64,000 nucleotides of DNA from Blasia pusilla (Eukaryota), in contig CM114271.1 in the NCBI GenBank assembly GCA_050084515.1, positions 46,872,001 through 46,936,000 on the forward strand, given 5' to 3'. Both the position numbers and the translations under genes were made by a program. The notes below the pieces were generated by a model. It had not been told where the DNA came from. It saw only the letters and a program-made list of their open reading frames with translations, and searched no databases. This document shows positions 55,741 to 64,000 of the stretch, one piece after another (the first letter of the stretch is position 1; every line of letters starts with the position of its first letter).

Positions 55741-57482
55741 TTGGGGATGCATGTTTGGTCAGTGGGATCATGAAAATCAAAGGAATTTTCTTCTAGATTT
55801 ATCCAAATTCCAAAATATAATGTTTTACAACCCCTTGGAACTAAGTGGTATAAGGTATATTAAAGGAAGAAGGACATTTGATCAAATTATATGTTGATAT
55901 CTACTTTCCATAATAATACTAAGATGTTCCATAGCAATTTTTCTTAAATTATGGAAATTTTTAGCTAATACATATGGGATGTTGTATTATAGGCTCTAAA
56001 ATGAATACTCCATCCAAAATTACAATTAATAAACCTTGTAGTTACTTATTCTTGAAAAATGATATAGCATAATTTCTTCCAAATTAATTTTCTAAATTAC
56101 CTTTCCAAATTTTCTTGTTGAATTTTCTTCCCAACATAATTTGTTGTAAGAAACTGTGAAAAAAGTTGATTTGTGATATCATGTTACATACAAGCTATTA
56201 ATATTCAAATATATCCTTTTTTGTACAAATCATTTTTGCAAATGGATGCTATTAAGAAATAAATGACATATGTGTCAAGGGAAATAGTAAAGCAACGAAA
56301 TAGAGAATCCAAGGATATTAGATTGAGTAGCATTATTTAAAGAGCGAGTGGGTTTTGCCATTAAATAGTTTTTGCACATACACATAGCTAGTAACATCCA
56401 TATTGCAAGTAGCGGCCATCTTCCTATCACATGAAGATATTTGTAGTCACTAATAAATATATTTACATTTGTACACAATTATGATAACAACTAAAGAAGG
56501 ACTAATTTGTAGGATCAACATGAGAAAAAAAGGCTCTAGAGAGCCGTATCCTCATCTTATACACCTTCGGGAAAAGCCAAAAGAGAACTCCCACTTGTTT
56601 TGGTTAAGTTCCTCAATTTTCAGCTCGAAACCATGTTCCCCATTTACTGGCTCGTCACAGTCTTGATGGGACAAGAACCTATTGATTTCTTTATTTTATG
56701 ATGTCTTTTTGGGCAACAGTGATGCACAACGTAGTACTACCAAATTTATTTTGAAGGATTTGGATATGGGGAGTAGATCTCCCACGAAAGGGCTCTCACA
56801 AGCGCATGTTAACATTGTTTTTGGCTTATATGTTTTGATTTCTTTTGAAAGAAATCAACGTGAAATTGATGCAAAAATTATCATGGATTTGTGGGTGTAG
56901 GTCATTTGACCACTGCCTCCAATACAAGATTGGAGTAATGAGGTGAATTGTGAGTCCTCGACGCTATAGATTTGGAATTCACGCACGTTGTCGTCCAGAA
57001 AAAGCTTGTTTCAACTTATAAGTGCGAAAGGGATACTATTCCCTTGGGGCAACCAAAAGATGCCTTATGAGTGAAATTTCAAATTTTTTTGTAAATAGCA
57101 ATTTGGAGAGGCCAAAAAATAGAAATTTTCTTTCTAGACGGCACGCAAGTGAAACTTGGAGGAAAATGAGTAAAAATAATTATTTGGTGAGGGTTGACTC
57201 ATTTTGGGTTTTTTTAGATAAGATTGTCCAAGTTAGGTTGGATTTGGTGACTTGACCACTTTGTAAGGAGGACAACTCACTAATCCATTTTTTTTTTCAA
57301 ATACGTATACTAAGCTTCATGATACAACATCCTTTTCCAAGTCTCTTGAATATAGTTTATCTGAAACTAAACTAAAAGGTAGAATGAGGAATGCCGCTGT
57401 ATGCATTGCAAAAATATTCTTTCATTCCAAAATCTTTTCAATAAAATATAATTTTAATTTTAAAATAGGCGCAATGCATATA

Positions 57483-57623
57483 TCTATATTATTATTCGAG
57501 AGAACCTTCTTGATTTGCAAACACCTTTTTGTTTGAAATGTGGCAACAAACGACAAGAAAAAGATTTTGTGTGCAACATGATAAGTCCCTTCACTCCCGT
57601 GCATGGCACGAGCTGCCCACTAG
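57483..57623 (+). mobile_element. Non-autonomous mini-Helitron (141 bp), structurally intact
   Basis: 5' end TC after a host A (57482). 3' end CTAG (57620-57623) before a host T. Subterminal hairpin cgtgc-atg-gcacg about 10 bp upstream of CTAG. No TSD. Related copies at 25801-26151 and 6624-6780. Confidence 0.8.
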
Positions 57624-58017
57624 TTCTTACTAATGACCTGAAGGGAAATATTGCAATATGCATAGTGGTGTAAAATTCATGGTAAAATTTCTTTGCATAC
57701 ACTGCACATATAAACATTTTACTCATTATCACATGTTTCACTTCCAATAGTAATACAAATCTAACTTAAAAAATCTGGTATGGGAAATGGTAGTATGAAT
57801 CCACTGGATACACTTTGAATTTATAGATTTTAACAAAAAAGATTAAAAAAACAGTCAAGATAGATTTAGGCTTGAATATTACTATATTAGTGAAAGAGAA
57901 TCTCTAACTTGTTATTGCAAATAAAATTCAAATCTTTTCCCTTAGTAATTGGGGGAGAAAGAAGTCATCGCTTCATTTTCTAATCCTCATCTCTTAGTAA
58001 AGAAAAGAAAGTCACTT

Positions 58018-58022
<5 letters not shown>

Positions 58023-58056
<34 letters not shown>
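58023..58056. repeat. (TA)17 microsatellite
   Basis: Direct read. Confidence 0.95.
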
Positions 58057-58060
<4 letters not shown>

Positions 58061-60194
58061 AAAATCTCCTCCAAACCAAGCTTGAGAATTAAGAACTTAA
58101 GTAAGAATTAAGGAGATCACTTTCATTATTTTGAAGATTAATTCTTGTCGCGCCATTTTGTTACCATCACTTTTCATTCTTTTCCCAAAATATTTCTCAA
58201 ATTTCCGTCCAAACTAAACTTTGAAAATTTAAACGATTTTCTTTTGAATGAGCCTTGAAAACACTAAAATGAGAATTAATATGAGGGAGACATAGGACCA
58301 TTTCTTCAAGGAGATTGGATTAAATTTTCAAAAGGTGTTTTTGAATTAAAATTTCAAATAATTAATAATTTATCCTTATTAAAAATAAAATTTTAATCAT
58401 ATTTTTCAAAAATTAATATTAAAATTCATGATTTTGAAATTTTAAAATGATAATAATTAAAAATAATATGAGAGAGACTTAGATATTTTTCAGGAATATC
58501 TGAAAATATTATAAATATTATTTTAATTATAATTTTAAATAAATTTAATTATTGAAACCTTCTCCTCATTATTGCCCCTACTACTAGGCCTTATTAACAT
58601 GTTCTCTTTCTCCTATTGGCAAGTATCCTGTCATTTATGGATTCAAATTGCAGAGGTTGAGAATGCAAGTAATTTCTTTGAAGTTGCTCGACCACAGGCT
58701 GTGAATGGAGATGAATTACTTTGAAGTTGGTCGAACACATGCTATGAATGGAGATGAGAGCCAATTTAAAGATATTTGGACTCTTTGCACTCCATGTTAG
58801 TATTTCTTAGTTTTCTACTCTCTCCACCCCAAATCAAGATTTCCTTTTTATCTACTCTCCATGTATTTTTTGTCGGTTTAATGTCTCGAGTCCCACTTTG
58901 TGTTAGTATGTTCTTTCCGGTGTCATACGAATTCCCCTCCTCATCAAATCAAGTTTACAAAAACCCCAAAAAAGCAAGGCATCATACTAGTTCTACTTTT
59001 TTGCTTAGTATAAGATAGAAGAAGGATTAGGGAAGATTTCTTTTGAAGTTTAGGACACGTGTCTTGCAATGAGCTCATCAATTTGAGAAGGCACCTTTAG
59101 TTAATTGAATGGAAGATTTTTTTTAAAATCCAATAGGATACCTCCCATTTCAAAATATAACTGGTTTGGTTTCTCCTTCAAATGGAATTCATTTAGGGAG
59201 AAACAAGGGCTTGGAGTAGCAAATAAGATGAACCATAGAAAAATTACGGAGACACACTTGGCTTTATTTGAGCTGCCATATTTGGGGAAAGTGCAACCAT
59301 CCACAAACCCCAAAGCCATGGGGCTTCCAGTAGGGGCCGTACTAAAAAATAAAACGCCTTCCCCCATTCCCTCCACTCTAAAGTAACCCAATCCTCCCTA
59401 ATCCTATTCTCACTCCCTTCCACTTTAAACTAATTTCTCTTAAGGAAAAAAATTCCTTCTTATGTTAAAGTCTATCAAGTAAAAAGAGATTTGTGCTTTA
59501 TTGTGCACCAGCTTAGGAGAGAAGGTGGAATTTCCGGGAGGTGCATGGGGTAGCAAGCTCCATGCTAACAACTATTCATGCCTTCGCAGGCTTTTGGTCG
59601 AGTAAGAAAAGCGTGAGTTGAGATGAGTTGAGGACAGTTATCACTTTCTCTGTCCCATAGAATCAGAAATTCCAAACGGTGAATCTTATGAATGCAAAGA
59701 AGGAAAAGCGTTCGGACGCGGCGAGCTATGCTACGCGTGTGTGGGAGTTGTTGAGGGTTGGTTTCGTTACGAGGTGGTAATGAATAAAAGGTGACAGCGA
59801 GCGTACTGGAAATTTGGAATCGCTCCTTGAGGAATGTGGAGGTTCTTTGTGAAGGTTCTGCGCTTTCATTCTCGTCGCTCGGAACATTGAATTCGATTCA
59901 GTGCCCCCACATTTTGAGGATTCGGGGATCGCAACGAAGGAGGAGGTGCCTTTACGTGCGAGATAACGGCTTATGTTGTGGAACTGGAGGTGGCCGGCGA
60001 ACAGCGCTCATTGATTGATGGATTGATGGGCGAGCGGTGGAGCGAGGGACTGCCATCTTTCCGACAATGAGTGTTTCGTGGGAGCCCTGGGGTTGCAACG
60101 TGCGATCAGACGTTTAAGGAGCCGATCTTCCATGTGTTTCATCTCTCCCCCGCCACACACACTTTCTGTTGCATGAACTTGCATCGGTCGCGAC

Positions 60195-60560
60195 TCGTGG
60201 ATGCTGCCAAACCTGAATCTTCTTTTCAGCTTTCATTCTCTACTTTTGGAGGCATTCGGCAACTTCGGGTGGGTGCTTTCCAAGCTCAAATCTTCCATTG
60301 TGCTCCTCTGCTTTAATTAGCCGCTTTTGCAGGAATCGGACAACTTTTGCTGGATGCTTCCAAAGCTCGAATCTTCCCTTGTGCTCTTCTGCTTTCAATT
60401 TCCGCCTGCGAAGGTTTTCGACAACTTCTGGTGGATGATTTCGCAGTTCCAAAGTTCACCTTCGGCTCTTGTCCCGTCATTCTCCTGGTGGGGAGGAATT
60501 GGGCAACTTCTGCTGGATGCTTCCCGTGTTCGCATCTTCCCTTGGGCTCTTGCGTTCATA
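60195..60560. repeat. Degenerate tandem repeat, 81-82 bp period, about 4.5 units
   Basis: caactt anchors at 60260, 60341, 60422 and 60504, each followed by ..tgg(a/g)tg(c/a)tt..; three of the four then carry ..atcttcc.ttg.gctc. Confidence 0.85.
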
Positions 60561-62125
60561 ACTTCATAGTTCATACTCCTCTGCCCATGCGGTCTTACTT
60601 CCTCACTCTACTTTTGGTGGAATCGTGCAGACAGTGCTCGACGTTTAAAAAGCTGTGCGCGGTTCTCTTTGTCCTCCACCCTACTCCAAAGGTGGTTCCC
60701 AACTCCCCTCCTTTCGTGTCGAATGTCAAGCCCGGAGTCTGCAAGGAGGAGTCGCGGACCCACGGTTGGTTCCCTCCTTTCGTGATCAATGTCAAAGGCG
60801 GAGTCTGCAGAGAGAAAAGCAACGTCGGTCAACTGGGCAGAGAAATAATCAGAGGAGGAGTTTCTTCGCACTACTGAATACTATGACTTGGGGCATGCAT
60901 GTGCGGGTTCCTCGAGAAATGAGTAGGAAAAAACAAATCATATTGAAATGATTGCAATCGAAATTCGAACCCAAGATAGACTCCATAGCCTACTTCAATA
61001 ACTTGGCACGAATCCGCACGATCCTGCAGCAAGTTGACCTGGGCCAATCTGAGCTGCTCTGAACTACCGTACCGGATTAGTCATCGTGCCCGGACAGAAG
61101 TCGGAGACCTAACAGGTTTGCCACCTCATTCCATGAAGCAGTCGGTGCATTCGTCAGACTTAAGGTGTGAGGTCGAGGCAGACGTCGTGGGTGAGGGTCA
61201 GTGGGAGGAACCTCAGGTTTCCAACTCTGATACCCCGGCCTTCAGTTCCGGTGGTGTCTGCGTAACCTTGGCAGATGTACGACCCAGTAACTCTCTCCGA
61301 TCAAGAAATCTTTCCGCACGACACATGGGCTGTCACATTTTGATCAGTCCAGATTCCCGAGGCGTTCGATTACGAATTCCAGTGAAAAGAATACTCAGGT
61401 CTGGGGAGAACGCTGTCCAAGTGACGCGTTCACACTGCGTTTGCAGAAGGAACAGGTTTCCAAGTTCTGTTCCATGGGTCTGGATGGTGTGTTTGTCGCA
61501 TCCACCTGTTTCAATGCCAAAATACCGTAGTCGTGGAAATGGAGCAAACGGAATATCCTTCCCTGCAACAGGGCCAAGACCTTCTTGTGCCATCTCCCGG
61601 GAACGATAGGTGTGTGAGTGAGTGGAGATTCTTCCTTCCCGAGTTGTAGTTGACGCTGGTCTAGATTAGATGGTGGACTATTCTGCGTTTGATAAATTTC
61701 AAGCTGACGTTTGTAGAAAGCTCGTAAACCTTTTATTTAAAGAGAAACATTAAAAATAACACTGTTGTGTTTGCTGGTTCAAAAGTAGAACTTTCGAGTA
61801 AAGATTGCGAGGCCTCTCCATGAACCAGGTAATCGGACAAGCTGGTGGTGTAATGTACATTATCCAGGTTTCAGAATTTCTTTGTCTTTTGTGATGTTAA
61901 GATGGAATGCTTTGCCAGTCGTTTCAGGTTTGTGGTATCGATGCTCATGTCTCTGCAACCAAACATGGTAAAAAGACTCTTCAGATAACTCCTTTTCACA
62001 TAGTCTACTAGACAGCAGCGCAAACATTCTGAGGTTACCAGGCATTTTTAACGGAGCACCCAATTAGAAATGAAGTGGACAAGAATTTCCAGTAAAACGC
62101 GAGTTCTCAAGAGTATCCCACGTAC

Positions 62126-63142
62126 CTTCGATACAGGTACACGGCTAAGTAAAATATTAGAAGCAGAATAACGGTGAAGAGACAAAACGCCATGTACAAG
62201 GCCTTGTTTTTTGGCTTCTGTGGACAAAAAGGGTCGTCAGTGTTAGAAGAAAATCATCATGGTTTAGACCGCAGTGCTATTCTTTGCGAGTGATCATGTC
62301 TCAATCTGCAGCTGGGGGAACTCGAGCTTCAATCCAATCTAAGCTAAGTAAACGACTTAGAATCTCTGTCAGTACCAGACACCCTTACCACAATGCAGAT
62401 ATCCTTCATGCTTTTGAGTAACAAACACACAACTTAACTGTCCTAAAATAAGCAGCTTGAATCAAACATGAGGTGGTGACTTAAAACGCACCCCACTCCC
62501 CCGAGGAAAATGCTTTTGACCTTTATCACAAGTATGTGAAGAGCAAAATTGGCGCATGAAGAATTCTGGAAAACCCGACAAATGTGTTGTTATAAAAAGA
62601 GTAGCCAGTCTACTCTACTCGACTCTTGATCCTCACAGCATGTTAGAGCAGAGTGAGATAAGTCCAGAATTCACAATAGTCTGATCTGAACTCCATTTCT
62701 AACTCCATGCACAGAATTTAATGCAGTGATAATGTCCACACAGAGAAACATACCATTCAAGCGCATGACAGTCGCACTCTCTTGAGGTGGGAAACAGCTA
62801 TTTGCTAAATTCTGTAATCAAATCACCATATTTTTCGTTATCAGTCCGCCATCAACTTTTGTAACATCAGCAACAAGAAATACAAATGTCATAGCATATT
62901 ACAACTACATCACTCTATTCTGATTCTTTCCAATTAAACATGACTAGAACACTCGAGAGAATACTAATTAAAGTGAACTTCAACAGTGGATGAGTTCAAT
63001 AGAATGATAAGACCTCACAAAGAAGTTTGTTCTTGTCCACTGCGGCACGATTGCACTTCCTTTTCTTGTTGGTATGTGTGACACTATCCACATAGTCACA
63101 ATGTATAGCTCCACACACATCTGCAATACAGCGATTAGGACC
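62126..63142 (-). CDS. Probable internal or 3' exons of an unidentified spliced gene extending past the window end
   Basis: Four segments with canonical acceptor and donor sites: 63142-63019, 62811-62754, 62442-62389, 62217-62126. They can be joined without a stop, but the product is not recognisable and the frame is ambiguous. Confidence 0.4.
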
Positions 63143-64000
63143 CTGCAACCAACCCAGCCACAGGGAATCTAATTAGAGGAACTGTGACTGATCCAAAAAC
63201 TATAGGACTTAATTGAATAAGACAATATTCGGAACAGTGACATGATCCATCAACTCATGCCTGCAACCCAAATCTGCTCATCAATGTGCCAGTGGGATTT
63301 TCCCTGGGTAGCTGGTGCAAGAGATCTAAGGAGTTTCAACCTAAGTCATAATTAAAGAAGAAAAAAAACCTTGGATGGTGTTAGGAACATATTAGGAGGG
63401 GGTGAATGTCATGTGAGAAATGACTTGGAGCATAGGTTAAACTCATAGCACATCCATTCACAAAAATGCTCCCACTCAGAAGTTCCTGGCTAAGATCCAA
63501 TCGCCGTTGCAAGAATTGGGCACAAACAGACATGGAGGGTCAACTTTCAGTTACGAGACTAGCGAGGCTTCCTTGTTCTCTCATGTGCACAGAGTGTCAT
63601 TTGACGAATCTCAAAAGCAGTCTGATTTCATCTAAATCTGAGAAAGGAACTTGCTCTTCGTGAAGATCTATCTTTTTAATCATTTTAATTAGGATTTTGT
63701 GATGTCTGGCTTCAGATATATACAAGAAACTTTGTATAATGAGCACAGTAGGATTGACATCCAGCTGTCAGTTGATATCATAATCCACTGACTTGATATA
63801 TCTTTTGTCTTGAAACTCTATTGTCCACTTGCAGTGCAAGAGAGTCACCCTGGTAATATCCTTTCTAGCTTATGGATTCATGCCTGACAATGTGTTCCGA
63901 CAGTGATCTGAAATCTAGTCAAATTTTATTGGACCAGGACTGTTTATGCAGGGTGACATAAAATAATTTCATATCACGTTAACAAAAACACACACATCTT

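Noticed and set aside
62754-62800. CFPPQESATVMRLNG resembles the start of a Hint domain
   Set aside because: The spacing differs from CFxxxxxV and no downstream Hint motifs were seen.

Overview
Eukaryotic nuclear DNA from a land plant, probably a bryophyte-grade lineage (inferred from gene structures, TTTAGGG remnants and the Ty3 RT motif style; species not identifiable). There are four recognisable spliced genes: the 3' half of cytosolic phosphoglucose isomerase (51-2371, +); a large Ser/Lys-rich protein with a TPX2-type Aurora-binding-like N-terminus split over tiny exons (7949-12376, +); a plastid ATP/ADP translocase NTT (21122-24462, -); and a CRAL-TRIO/SEC14 protein with a GC-AG first intron (45181-50767, -). 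Probable 3' exons of an unidentified gene lie at the right edge. Intergenic DNA is rich in transposable elements: a full-length Ty1/copia element with TA...CA LTRs and a TGCGC target-site duplication (TSD), a Ty3 RT relic with a fold-back inversion, a CRE-like LINE relic, a mini-Helitron family and old dispersed repeats. The most unusual structure is a head-to-tail stack of at least 6 differently 5'-truncated LINE 3' ends in a (TC)n tract inside the CRAL-TRIO intron, suggesting a microsatellite-targeting retrotransposon. No tRNA, rRNA or CRISPR array was found. All calls were made by eye, with no database searches.
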